Below are positions 29,955 through 39,762 of a DNA stretch of 64,000 nt, one piece after another. The first letter of the stretch is position 1. Each line of letters begins with the position of its first letter. The position numbers were made by a program, and so were the translations under genes. Source of the DNA: an uncultured virus (IMG/VR IMGVR_UViG_3300042449_001682) (Duplodnaviria > Heunggongvirae > Uroviricota > Caudoviricetes); the IMG/VR virus record IMGVR_UViG_3300042449_001682; one strand, written 5' to 3'. The notes below the pieces were generated by a model. It was not told the DNA's origin and ran no database searches. It worked only from the letters and a program-made list of their open reading frames with translations.

Positions 29955-30401
29955 ATGGCAACAGAATCATGTGGTGGTAGTAACAATGAATTAGCGAAAG
30001 CCGCTGGTATTGCAGGTACTTTAGTTGCGATTGCAGCAATCTTAAAAAGGGCGTTTAAAGTACAAAAAAAATTAACACCTCTTAATAAAGAAGAAATATT
30101 ATTAGGTGTTCAGTTTAGAGAAGGACTAAGTGCGATTGACGTTGCTTCAAAAATAATTGAGAGAAAAAAAGAAATTGGTGTTGGAATTGGTCCGTTACCT
30201 AGTGGTGCGGAAAACATAGATTTACAAATGGAAGTAATAAGGATTGAAGAAATTATTAATGCAATTAAAACAAAAATGAAAGTTGAAGCTGCATTCCCAC
30301 CTGGAGTACCAATAACTGCGACTGGTGGTAACGCTGGTGGACCAATAGTAGTACAAGGTGCTACGACTCAATCAGTAAAAGTAGAAGGTGTTGCACAATA
30401 A
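29955..30401 (+). CDS. Hypothetical baseplate/spike-associated protein
   Basis: C-terminal PPGVPITATGGNAGGPIVVQG beta-rich segment; upstream of the spike gene. Confidence 0.5.
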   Translation: MATESCGGSNNELAKAAGIAGTLVAIAAILKRAFKVQKKLTPLNKEEILLGVQFREGLSAIDVASKIIERKKEIGVGIGPLPSGAENIDLQMEVIRIEEIINAIKTKMKVEAAFPPGVPITATGGNAGGPIVVQGATTQSVKVEGVAQ

Positions 30402-30404
30402 ATT

Positions 30405-30593
30405 ATGGATAAGAAAATAGATTGGGAAAATTTAAGTAATTCATCTATTAAGATGAACTTAGAGAGTTTATTACATGAACAAATATCTCTTAGAGATAGG
30501 ATTTTAAAACTATCAGAAAAACTAGAAGATATTGAAAAAGAATACTATTTTGGTAATAAAATTTTGGTAAAAAGATATAAAGGGGAAGATTAA
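30405..30593 (+). CDS. Small coiled-coil protein
   Basis: 62-aa ORF coupled to the next gene (TAATG). Confidence 0.6.
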   Translation: MDKKIDWENLSNSSIKMNLESLLHEQISLRDRILKLSEKLEDIEKEYYFGNKILVKRYKGED

Positions 30594-31897
30594 TGAATAA
30601 TTATTATAAGGATAGTACTAATACTAACGTCATACCCATTATTAGGGTTGGTGAGGTTGCATCAGTGATTGATACAACTAAATCTGGTAGGATACAAGTT
30701 AGGATAACAGGTGTAGATGATACTGAGAGTGATACGTCATTAATAGAATGTGTACCACTTCTACCGAAATACTTAATTACCTTACCTAAAGTTGGTGAGT
30801 GTGTTTTCGTTTTCCAATATGAACACAACGATTCATCACCTACTGCATCGTTTAAAAATAAGCGTTTTTGGATTGGTCCGTTAATTACTCAACCAACTAA
30901 ACTTGAGGGGGAGGGATATAATTCTGCAATGTCTATCCTACCTGATGGATACACCAAACTAAAAGATCCAAATCTAGATATTGGTGCGTATGGTAACGAT
31001 GAGGATATTATATTACAAGGTAGATTTAATACTGATATAATACAGAAAGATAACCAAATGTGGTTAAGGGTTGGTAAGACTATTGAAGGTCAACCAAACA
31101 AATTTAACGATAAAAATTTAGGTTATGTACAGTTAAAATATGGTGGTGAGAAGTTAAAAAGAGAGGTTGAGGAAAAAGAAGTTGTAACATATGTAACACC
31201 TTCTCCAGATACGTTAATAACTGTAACAATGAATACCGTTACTAACTCAAATATTATTTTATCGGGAGATTTACCACAAAGTAGGTATACACAAAATGAC
31301 ATTAATAGAACTGAATTATTTATAACAGTTACTGATGCGAACACAGGTAATTTAAAAACTTCTTTCGAAAATGAAAACAGTTTTATTGGTTCCACATCTA
31401 GAGATCAAGCCTTATCGGCAGCAAAAATATTTATAGACCTTAATAAAGGTGCAAGATGGAAAATTAAAACTAAGGCAGACGATTTAATTAAGATTTATAA
31501 GGGTAGTGATGGTATCGCAATGTTTGACGCAGTACCTGTAGAAGTAAAGAAAAAAATTAAAGAGTTAAAAGTTGTAAAAAATAAGAGTGAAAAAAGTAGT
31601 GTTATAAATATTGTCGCTAACAAAATTAATTTAATTAGTCATGACGGTGAACATACATTTGAATTGGCAAACCCAAAAGAATTAATAACTGACGATGAAC
31701 AACAAAAAATAAATAATGAGGCACATCCATTAGTATATGGGGATATTTTATTAGAGTTTTTAGAGTTAGTAAAAAAATATGTCCAACTACACGTACACCC
31801 TTATCACGGTTTAAGTGCTGACCCTAGTACTATTACTACAGATGTTTTAAGATTTGATTTAAATAAGATTTTAAATAAGAATATTAATAGTAATTAA
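30593..31897 (+). CDS. Baseplate central spike protein (gp5/gpV-like OB fold, HxH tip)
   Basis: GEVASVID..KSGRIQVRI...LPKVGECVFV...FWIG OB-fold; C-terminal PLVYGD...HVHPYHG. Confidence 0.75.
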   Translation: MNNYYKDSTNTNVIPIIRVGEVASVIDTTKSGRIQVRITGVDDTESDTSLIECVPLLPKYLITLPKVGECVFVFQYEHNDSSPTASFKNKRFWIGPLITQPTKLEGEGYNSAMSILPDGYTKLKDPNLDIGAYGNDEDIILQGRFNTDIIQKDNQMWLRVGKTIEGQPNKFNDKNLGYVQLKYGGEKLKREVEEKEVVTYVTPSPDTLITVTMNTVTNSNIILSGDLPQSRYTQNDINRTELFITVTDANTGNLKTSFENENSFIGSTSRDQALSAAKIFIDLNKGARWKIKTKADDLIKIYKGSDGIAMFDAVPVEVKKKIKELKVVKNKSEKSSVINIVANKINLISHDGEHTFELANPKELITDDEQQKINNEAHPLVYGDILLEFLELVKKYVQLHVHPYHGLSADPSTITTDVLRFDLNKILNKNINSN

Positions 31898-31919
31898 GAT
31901 ATTTATTTATAAAAGAGAA

Positions 31920-33332
31920 ATGGTTTATAGAACTTATATAGATAAAGATAATACAATTGTTTATAACACATTAATAAACACTGGTAAAAACCCAATTGCG
32001 GAATTATATTATGGTGGTAAAGAAAACCAACCAGACTACACCAGACATTTAATATATTTCGATGTTTCGGATTTACAAACAAAATATAGTAATGGTGAAT
32101 TAGGTGATTTATCTAATGTAACCCATACTCTTAGAATGACTAATAGTTCCTTTTTTGATAGGGACTTACAGGCACAAAGAGCCTTAGACAATAAAGTAAG
32201 AACATCATCTTTTAATTTAATTCTTTTTAGGATTGATGAATTTTGGGATGAAGGTTGTGGGTACGATTACCAACAATACGAAGGTATACAACCGCATGAT
32301 AATATAACTTTTGTGGAATCTGCAAGTAACTGGTTATATTCTAGTGGGGCGACACAATGGACTGAACCTGGTGTTTATTCAGGATCACCATCTGCGATTA
32401 CAATAACTATACAACATTTTGATCAGGGTAGTGAAAATATTGAGATGGATATCACTGATGAGGTAAATACTTTAATTACTGGTGGTACTGGTACCACTAA
32501 TTACGGTTATGGTATTGCATTTGAGAGAGATTTAGAGATAATAGAGGTAATACCTTCAAGGTATGTAGGTTTCTTCACTAGACACACACAAACGTATTAT
32601 GAACCATTCGTAGAAACAGTTTATGATAGTGTAATTAGAGACGACAGGAAGAATTTTTATAGAGGTAAATTAAATAGATTATATTTCTACACAAATTTAG
32701 GTGGAGAACCCGTTAATTTAGACAGTAACCCTACTGTAGAAGTAAAAGATGGGTCAGGTGTACTATTTTCTTCATACACATCTAATGATGTCGTTAGACA
32801 AACAAAAGGTGTATATTATATTGAACTATTTGTACCTATTACGGAATCAGATTGTACTATATTTACTGACACATGGTCAGATATAGAAATTGGTGGTATA
32901 AATAGACCAGACGTAACATTACAATTTGAAATAAAAGATGATACTGAATACTATCGTTTCGGTGATGATGAGTCTTTACCTATAGAATATGGAATGAATC
33001 TATCGGGTATTAGGAGAGATGAAAAAATCAAAAGAGGTGATTTAAGAAAAGTATTTGTAAATGTAAGAGAACCATATACTATTAATCAATCGTCAGTGAT
33101 AGATGGATTACAATATAGAGTTTGGATAAGAGAAGGAAACACCGAAGTTAATGTTATTGATTGGATGGATGTAAATAGAACTTATCTTAAAAATTACTTT
33201 ATTTTAGATACATCTTGGATGATACCTAATGAATACTATATAGATATTAAATTGACTTCTAATTTATTAGTAAAAACATATACTAATACAATGAAATTTA
33301 ATATAGTTAACCAAGTTGACTACCTACACTAA
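31920..33332 (+). CDS. Virion structural protein (beta-rich)
   Basis: Late box at 31899-31906; NTG.N...EL, R.LIYFD, WDEG.G.D, MDITD.V, NYGYGI motifs typical of structural proteins; SGAT/TGGT/TGTT motifs. Confidence 0.6.
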   Translation: MVYRTYIDKDNTIVYNTLINTGKNPIAELYYGGKENQPDYTRHLIYFDVSDLQTKYSNGELGDLSNVTHTLRMTNSSFFDRDLQAQRALDNKVRTSSFNLILFRIDEFWDEGCGYDYQQYEGIQPHDNITFVESASNWLYSSGATQWTEPGVYSGSPSAITITIQHFDQGSENIEMDITDEVNTLITGGTGTTNYGYGIAFERDLEIIEVIPSRYVGFFTRHTQTYYEPFVETVYDSVIRDDRKNFYRGKLNRLYFYTNLGGEPVNLDSNPTVEVKDGSGVLFSSYTSNDVVRQTKGVYYIELFVPITESDCTIFTDTWSDIEIGGINRPDVTLQFEIKDDTEYYRFGDDESLPIEYGMNLSGIRRDEKIKRGDLRKVFVNVREPYTINQSSVIDGLQYRVWIREGNTEVNVIDWMDVNRTYLKNYFILDTSWMIPNEYYIDIKLTSNLLVKTYTNTMKFNIVNQVDYLH

Positions 33333-34152
33333 CTACTATAGGTTCTACACCTGAAGGTAATTGAAAAGTTGTAGATTTAATTTTTTGAATAACGTCTTCT
33401 AATATGTTTTTTAATATTTGAGTTGCCGAAGTCACATTTAATGGTTTTGGGTAAGGTGCATTAAAACTCATTAGTTTTTGGGGTGTTTCATCACCACTTT
33501 TACCTGACCTATATCCCACCTCAATTAAGAATTCATCTAAATTAATTTTACCATTTTCATAGTCATCGGTTCTCCAAATATTATGTTCAAGTTTATTTCC
33601 TTGACTATCTAATTGAAAAAACTGAATATCTACTCTTAATGTTCTAGCGTCCCTATCATCCATATCAATATAAATTCTTCTATAATCATCTACAATATGA
33701 AAGAAATTAAAAGGTATATAAAGTGACATTGAGTTGTATCCTGACCACAATCTAACGTCTCTGACATCATTAAAACCTTCATCACCATTAAAATGGACTT
33801 CTATTTGCCCATATGTCTCATCATTATATGATTTAACTAAATTACCAGTAAAATCGTGAATTTTAGAAAAAAACAATTCTGCCATAGGCCATTTTTTTCT
33901 TAATGGTTCGTAAACACTAAATAATTTAGAGTTCTCCCAATAATATGATTTAGATAATTCAAAAGCAGTCTCATAATCTAAATTAAAATCTTCGATTAAC
34001 CATGCGGCAACATCAAAAACACTATAATTGTATTTGTCGTCTTTGTGTTTTTTATGTATTAATTTTAGTATTCTTTTTTCGTTATCATTAAATTCATTAG
34101 TAACGTCAATTAATAGTGACTCTAATAGAACATATTTTTTCTTTACCCTCAT
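33307..34152 (-). CDS. Hypothetical late protein
   Basis: Probable start ATG 34152 (MRVKKKYVLLES); late box at 34172-34179. Confidence 0.6.
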   Translation of the reverse strand: MRVKKKYVLLESLLIDVTNEFNDNEKRILKLIHKKHKDDKYNYSVFDVAAWLIEDFNLDYETAFELSKSYYWENSKLFSVYEPLRKKWPMAELFFSKIHDFTGNLVKSYNDETYGQIEVHFNGDEGFNDVRDVRLWSGYNSMSLYIPFNFFHIVDDYRRIYIDMDDRDARTLRVDIQFFQLDSQGNKLEHNIWRTDDYENGKINLDEFLIEVGYRSGKSGDETPQKLMSFNAPYPKPLNVTSATQILKNILEDVIQKIKSTTFQLPSGVEPIVVSVGSQLG

Positions 34153-34189
34153 AGTGATTACAAATATAATAATAAATATTCTATAAAAC

Positions 34190-34218
34190 AAAAAAGGGTA
34201 GAAAACTCTACCCTTTTT
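34190..34218 (-). terminator. Intrinsic terminator after the major capsid gene
   Basis: AAAAAGGGTAGA-AAAC-TCTACCCTTTTT, a 12-bp stem. Confidence 0.9.
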
Positions 34219-34238
34219 ATTGTTGATATTTTAATTGA

Positions 34239-36035
34239 TTATCTCAATTCGTTGATATCGAATGTTACAACACCGTCAACTGTTACTACACCATAGAAAC
34301 GGTTATTAACCATTTTCTTAGCGTATCTAGTCATAATCCCCTTCGTTGGTGCGAAGTTGAATGGGTTTTGTAATGTTGGAGTCAATTGTAATGGTACATA
34401 CGGAGCGTAAATGTATCCAGTATCTAACAATGACTTACCTTTGTGTCCAATGATGATTGAGTTCGCTGGTGCGTAAGGATCACGATATACAGTATATCTT
34501 CCACCTAATGAACCGATTTTCTCAATACCCATATTGTACTGATCTTGCTCTGGAGAAGCGTTAGATACGTGGAAGTATTCTAAGTCATCAAAAATTGCTG
34601 ATACCTCAGAAGATACTACTACGAAGTTAGCGCCACCTCTCAAAGTTGATTTGTGAATTTGTGCAGAAACTTGATTGATTTTAGTAATCAATGTTTGATT
34701 CCACTCTTTTTGTGTGTATGCGTTGAAACCACCGCCAGAGTTAGCTCTCTTCCATCCGTTATAGTCCCATCTCAATTGCCATGCTGCACCTCTTCTTAAG
34801 TCTCTTAAGATCTCTCTATCGATCTCAGCAGCAACCTGCTCAGATAATAGTGCCGTAAGTTCAGCTTCAGCATCGATGTTATGGAATGCACTAACGTCTT
34901 GTGCTAATTCAGGAGACCAAGTTGCTCTTAGTTTTCTTTCAGTTACAGATACAACTACCTCATCCAATTCAAAAGAAACCTCACCCATTTCTGTAGAGTA
35001 TTCTAAAGAAGCGTATTGTACCCAACTTACGTCAAATGTAATCCCTGAATAAGTAGCATTAGTACTTCTAGTTAAACCAGAATTTGCACCAATGTATCCA
35101 TCAAGTGTTGCATCTGAACATGACACACATGTTGGGTGTGTTAAATCTACTTCTAAAAGTAATGAACCATCTGCAGTACAGATATTACTATAATCTACGA
35201 TACCTTTACCGTATTTTTGAGTAATAAGTCTAAAAGGTACTTCTCCACCACTCGCAATAATAAGATTACCGTTATTATCTTTAATGTCTCCACCTCTAAC
35301 AACAACTTTAAGTGATGCTAAAAATGATTCAGTATCCATCTCATTTCCGTCTGGTCCTGTTAATCTACCAGCGTTTTGGTTGTTAAATCCTTTTACACCT
35401 AATTTAAGGTATCTAACTGAATTATCACCCGCTAACGCTTTTTGTGCTCCAGCAGCATATTCATCATCAACAGAAAGTCCTGAAAGGATTAATACGTTAC
35501 CAGTGTTATTAACGTTACCAACCTCAACGTTAAGAGTAGGCTTACCTTTAGATGCATCATACAAACCATCGTTGTAATATAAATCGTAAAGACTTTTTGC
35601 GTAGAATGTTGTTGCAGATACATCTGTACAATCTCCGATTACACATTCTGGTAATGCACCGTTAGTAGTACCATTATCACCATTCAATGGAAACTGTCCA
35701 TCAGATGTTTTAGGTACAAAGAAGAATAATTTACCGATTGGCATGTTCATCGCTTGTACTGATACGATATCGTTAGCCAATAATTTAGAGAATACTCTTC
35801 TCACAATTGGGAAAACTACAGTTTCGAAAGAACCTGATGAGTCTGCAGAAGTTGATTCATTCAACAAAGCAGATGCTTGGTTTTCATACAATTGAGCGAT
35901 GTTCTCTTTTACGTGACCTTTTAAACCTTCTAAGAAACCTAATTTGTTCCATTTAGAGATAGTTTTAGATCTAATTTGCTTTAGGTGTTCTAGTCCGATA
36001 TTTCCGACTTCACCTGAGTTTAACAAATGTCCCAT
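34239..36035 (-). CDS. Major capsid protein, T4 gp23-like
   Basis: FPIVRRVF, VSVQAMN.P.G..F, RKLRATWSPELAQD..A.H.IDAEAEL..LLSEQ.AAEIDREI, G..YAPYVPL, P.KG.MTRY. Confidence 0.97.
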   Translation of the reverse strand: MGHLLNSGEVGNIGLEHLKQIRSKTISKWNKLGFLEGLKGHVKENIAQLYENQASALLNESTSADSSGSFETVVFPIVRRVFSKLLANDIVSVQAMNMPIGKLFFFVPKTSDGQFPLNGDNGTTNGALPECVIGDCTDVSATTFYAKSLYDLYYNDGLYDASKGKPTLNVEVGNVNNTGNVLILSGLSVDDEYAAGAQKALAGDNSVRYLKLGVKGFNNQNAGRLTGPDGNEMDTESFLASLKVVVRGGDIKDNNGNLIIASGGEVPFRLITQKYGKGIVDYSNICTADGSLLLEVDLTHPTCVSCSDATLDGYIGANSGLTRSTNATYSGITFDVSWVQYASLEYSTEMGEVSFELDEVVVSVTERKLRATWSPELAQDVSAFHNIDAEAELTALLSEQVAAEIDREILRDLRRGAAWQLRWDYNGWKRANSGGGFNAYTQKEWNQTLITKINQVSAQIHKSTLRGGANFVVVSSEVSAIFDDLEYFHVSNASPEQDQYNMGIEKIGSLGGRYTVYRDPYAPANSIIIGHKGKSLLDTGYIYAPYVPLQLTPTLQNPFNFAPTKGIMTRYAKKMVNNRFYGVVTVDGVVTFDINELR

Positions 36036-36072
36036 TTTAATTTTTATTTTTTATTTTGTTATTTTATTATTT

Positions 36073-37569
36073 TTATGAGATTCTTCTCATTAAATCTTTA
36101 ATTGCCGTAATTTGTGGATCTACATAAGCAGTAGACTCATTCAAATTAGTGGACTTAGAAGATTGGATTGTTTTATTAACTTTATTTTCTACAGATTCAT
36201 TCATAGGGGATTTATTATCTAATTCCGTTTTGATAGTTTTGTAGATGTTTTTAGATTCTTTAATAGTCTCAGCATTATCAAATCTCTTAAGAATATCCAT
36301 TTTTTCTTTCTTAGTAGTTGAATGCTCAGTAAATAATCTATTAACATAAGCCAAGTTAGTGTTAAACAACGCAACTTCGTTTAGTTTTTCTTTGAATACA
36401 TTAAGTGCTTTTTTATACTCTTCGTTTTTAGTTTTCAACTCTTTGTATTCTCTCATTATTTTGGATTCGGAAACTGTGTTTTTTGTTGGTTCTCTACGAA
36501 CTATAGGTTTACTTGTTGTTCTAGATTCTCTAGCCGCTAATCTAGCACCATGATATCTTTGTTTACCACTAGTTCTAGAGTGTCTTTGCAACTTATCCTC
36601 TTCAATGTATGCACCTTCTTCAAAACTTTCAAGATCTTCAAAATCTTCAATCGGTCTACTTCCAGCATGTCTTCCTTCTGGAGTATCTCTTAACCATCTT
36701 GAAGCATCATCTGAATTGTTTATTTTAAAATTCATAGTTGCATCTGAAACTTTTCCTCCTGGTACATAATCTCCAGGTACATAATCTTCCGATGGTTCAT
36801 TCATTTCAATTTCGTAGACGATTTCATCTTTTTCTTCATACATACCTGAACCACATTCAGAACAGTATTTACCTTCTTCGTCTTCGTACATTGCGCCTGA
36901 ACCACATTCAGAACATTGTTCACCTTCTTCGTGCATAGAACCCCATCCTTCTTCCATAGATTCCTTAATATAATACTCTGCACCCGTTCCGTTATCTTTT
37001 AGATGAATACCTCCTTCGTCTTTAACTACCTCTACTTCGTCATTATCAGAAAGTTTTTTAAATACTTTAACTACTTCTTCATCAGAAGCACCTGTTAAAT
37101 CTAAAATTTCTTCACTTTCATCATCTGAACCCATCATAGGTAATTCTAAACCTAAACCAATTTCATCGTCATCATCTTCTACACCTTCACCAGCATCTAA
37201 GTCTAGGTCAGTGTCTAAGTCTAAGTCAATTTTATTTGGTTCCTCATCTTCATCATCTTCATCATCACCAAACTGTAATGAATCATCTTCATCAGATTCT
37301 TCTTCATCGTCAAGATCTAACTTAACGTCTTCTTCATCATCGGACCCTTTAGTTTCTACATCGTCAACACTAATCTCATCATCTTCTTCTTCTGAGATTG
37401 GTTCTTCTTTCTTTTCACCTTTATTTTTTAAAGATGACTCAACGATGCTTTCAATTTCTTTCGACATATGTGCCGCAAGTATTTCTTTCGTGTTGGCTTT
37501 TAAGGCATCCTCTAAAGACTTTGCTTCTAGTAAAGCCTCTTCGATGATTGATTTCTTTTTTTCAGCCAT
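36073..37569 (-). CDS. Prohead scaffold/core protein (gp22-like position)
   Basis: Lies between protease and capsid genes; very acidic; coiled-coil C-terminus; many LxE sites; two CSECGSG repeats; late box at 37633-37640. Confidence 0.8.
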   Translation of the reverse strand: MAEKKKSIIEEALLEAKSLEDALKANTKEILAAHMSKEIESIVESSLKNKGEKKEEPISEEEDDEISVDDVETKGSDDEEDVKLDLDDEEESDEDDSLQFGDDEDDEDEEPNKIDLDLDTDLDLDAGEGVEDDDDEIGLGLELPMMGSDDESEEILDLTGASDEEVVKVFKKLSDNDEVEVVKDEGGIHLKDNGTGAEYYIKESMEEGWGSMHEEGEQCSECGSGAMYEDEEGKYCSECGSGMYEEKDEIVYEIEMNEPSEDYVPGDYVPGGKVSDATMNFKINNSDDASRWLRDTPEGRHAGSRPIEDFEDLESFEEGAYIEEDKLQRHSRTSGKQRYHGARLAARESRTTSKPIVRREPTKNTVSESKIMREYKELKTKNEEYKKALNVFKEKLNEVALFNTNLAYVNRLFTEHSTTKKEKMDILKRFDNAETIKESKNIYKTIKTELDNKSPMNESVENKVNKTIQSSKSTNLNESTAYVDPQITAIKDLMRRIS

Positions 37570-37670
37570 TTTTTTCTTTTTTTATTTTTTTTTATTTATT
37601 ATTAAATAACGCAAAATATTTCGCATTTCTTAATAAATATGCAATACTTTTAAAAAGTGTTATTTTTTTA

Positions 37671-38360
37671 TTAATCCAGTAAAAAATTATTTAAAGAGTC
37701 TTTTAAAAGATTATCTTCATTTTTAATTTTAGATTCTGACATTTGTTGTTCTCTAGAAGGTTCTTCACTATAAATCCAAGAACCTGGTGTTGATGGTGAT
37801 GTGACAATATCCCAACAAATCAATTCGAAGTCATCTTGTACAATATTTTTACCACCTTCTTTTTCTAAAGAACCTACACCTCTTGACGATACACCAATCT
37901 TTAAACCTTTTCTAATGTAATTAGCAACTCTATCACCCTCACAAGAAATTATTCCTTGATTAACAAATCCTGGTGACATAATAATTTCTAATTTACCCAT
38001 CAATACATTACCTTCCCACCACAAGTCAACTACGTTGTGAGAAATTCTACTTACTGCAACTATTGAAGATTCTGGGTGATCTGCCTCACCTAACGCTCTT
38101 TTTTCTTTGATTAATTTTAAATAGTTTTCTGCCTCTCTCCTTAAGATGGCTTCAGGGTATATCCTACCATTTCTATTTTCTACACCATACTTTTGCATTA
38201 CGGCATAAACAACCAAAGGTTCTTCTATAATAGGTTGACCTTTGGTTAAGTTTGACATCTCATTCACAAAATGTCTATTATCTTTTGGGGAAATGTATCC
38301 TGCGTCGTATTCAACAAGGATACCTTTTATATTTATTTCGTTTTTTTTAAGAATTTCCAT
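37671..38360 (-). CDS. Prohead protease, T4 gp21-like
   Basis: NRNGRIYP, ALGEADHP, SH, IGVSSRGVGS, WDIV..PSTPG. Confidence 0.95.
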   Translation of the reverse strand: MEILKKNEINIKGILVEYDAGYISPKDNRHFVNEMSNLTKGQPIIEEPLVVYAVMQKYGVENRNGRIYPEAILRREAENYLKLIKEKRALGEADHPESSIVAVSRISHNVVDLWWEGNVLMGKLEIIMSPGFVNQGIISCEGDRVANYIRKGLKIGVSSRGVGSLEKEGGKNIVQDDFELICWDIVTSPSTPGSWIYSEEPSREQQMSESKIKNEDNLLKDSLNNFLLD

Positions 38361-38405
38361 AACAGTGATATACTTTTATTATAAATATACCACTGTAGTA
38401 AAAAA

Positions 38406-38843
38406 TTACTTTTTAGATTTATGGAAAGTAAAAACTGAATTGTTTTCTAAACACTCGTTTACCACATCATAGATTATTCTCTTACTATTTTCTATGATAT
38501 TAATTTTATTAATTGGTAAATGTTTTTTTTGATATAATGTTATTTCACATGACATAAAACTTCTTTTGTTTACATTTAACCCTGAAGTCCTCATATCTAA
38601 ATCAACAATGTATTTATTATCGTGAAATAATTCTTTATTGATATTGTTACTTATTTTTTGTTTTATTTTTTTTCTTATATTACTTAAGAAAAATTCGTAG
38701 TTAAAATTTTCGTAATTTTCTTTTAACTCACCCCATGCACACAAGTTTAAATATAAACTTTTTGATTCTTTATTATTTACGGTACCGATTTTTGTTTTAT
38801 AGTTTTCTAATAAATCTAACTTGATTTCTTTTCCTAATTTCAT
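38406..38843 (-). CDS. Hypothetical basic protein
   Basis: 145-aa ORF with its own -35/-10 promoter. Confidence 0.65.
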   Translation of the reverse strand: MKLGKEIKLDLLENYKTKIGTVNNKESKSLYLNLCAWGELKENYENFNYEFFLSNIRKKIKQKISNNINKELFHDNKYIVDLDMRTSGLNVNKRSFMSCEITLYQKKHLPINKINIIENSKRIIYDVVNECLENNSVFTFHKSKK

Positions 38844-38884
38844 TCATAAAATTTTTCATATATTGTTATTTTAAAGTTTATGTA

Positions 38885-38913
38885 ATTATACTATTAAAAT
38901 AGTTAGTAGTCAA
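38885..38913 (-). promoter_or_regulatory. sigma70-like promoter
   Basis: Minus strand TTGACT-N17-TATAAT. Confidence 0.7.
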
Positions 38914-38924
38914 ATTATGGAAAT

Positions 38925-38950
38925 AAAAAACCCCTCTTTCGGAGGGGTTT
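38925..38950 (-). terminator. Intrinsic terminator
   Basis: Minus strand AAACCCCTC-CGAAA-GAGGGGTTTTTT. Confidence 0.88.
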
Positions 38951-38954
38951 GTAT

Positions 38955-39719
38955 TTAATCTATCGATTCTTTTAAATTGTAAATTTTACTTATCTGTGAG
39001 TTGAAATTTTCATAATCAAAATTAGTGTTTAATAACTTATCTTTTACTTTTAATAATTTATCTTTTATCTCAACATCTGATGATTCATTTACTTTATTAT
39101 CTATATTTTTTATACACTCTCTTTTTACTGTTTCGAATAAAGATTTTTTATCTTCTTTATTACCATTTAAAACCGTTTTAATTATTTCTTTTTCAGTTTC
39201 ATTTATTTCAGAGTATTTTGTATTGAATTTCGTAACTAAAATATTTGCCAACATACTAGGTGGTAAATCTATGGATTCAGTAACTACAGTTTCTTCCTCC
39301 TTCTCCAACATCCTATTAGTTATATTATTAATTGATTCTTGAATTTTATTGATATTAGATGCGTTTTTATTCGTATTCACTAAAAAATTAATATCATTGT
39401 AAAAAGATTCGTTTTCCTTAACCAACGATACACCTTTAAGTAATTTGGTGAAATATTCATTTCCACTATCAATATGTTTTTTATTTAATGATTTTAATAA
39501 ATCAATATTCTCTTTTATATATTCTTTTGCCTCAGTGGAATCATCAAACTTAGTATTCTGTAAATTACTATAGATTAAATACTGTTCCTTTAAAGTATCA
39601 TTATTACCAATAGTTTTTAAGAATTTATTAAACAATTTTTTACCCTTATCATCTTTATTAATGATAGACTCAATCATTAACTGTTTAAAAGTATCTTTTA
39701 TATTACCAAAATTTTTCAT
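38955..39719 (-). CDS. Hypothetical head-module protein
   Basis: 254 aa directly after portal; late box at 39736-39743. Confidence 0.65.
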   Translation of the reverse strand: MKNFGNIKDTFKQLMIESIINKDDKGKKLFNKFLKTIGNNDTLKEQYLIYSNLQNTKFDDSTEAKEYIKENIDLLKSLNKKHIDSGNEYFTKLLKGVSLVKENESFYNDINFLVNTNKNASNINKIQESINNITNRMLEKEEETVVTESIDLPPSMLANILVTKFNTKYSEINETEKEIIKTVLNGNKEDKKSLFETVKRECIKNIDNKVNESSDVEIKDKLLKVKDKLLNTNFDYENFNSQISKIYNLKESID

Positions 39720-39762
39720 GTGTTAGTTTTTTATAATAAATATTAAACTTTTATAAAAAAAC

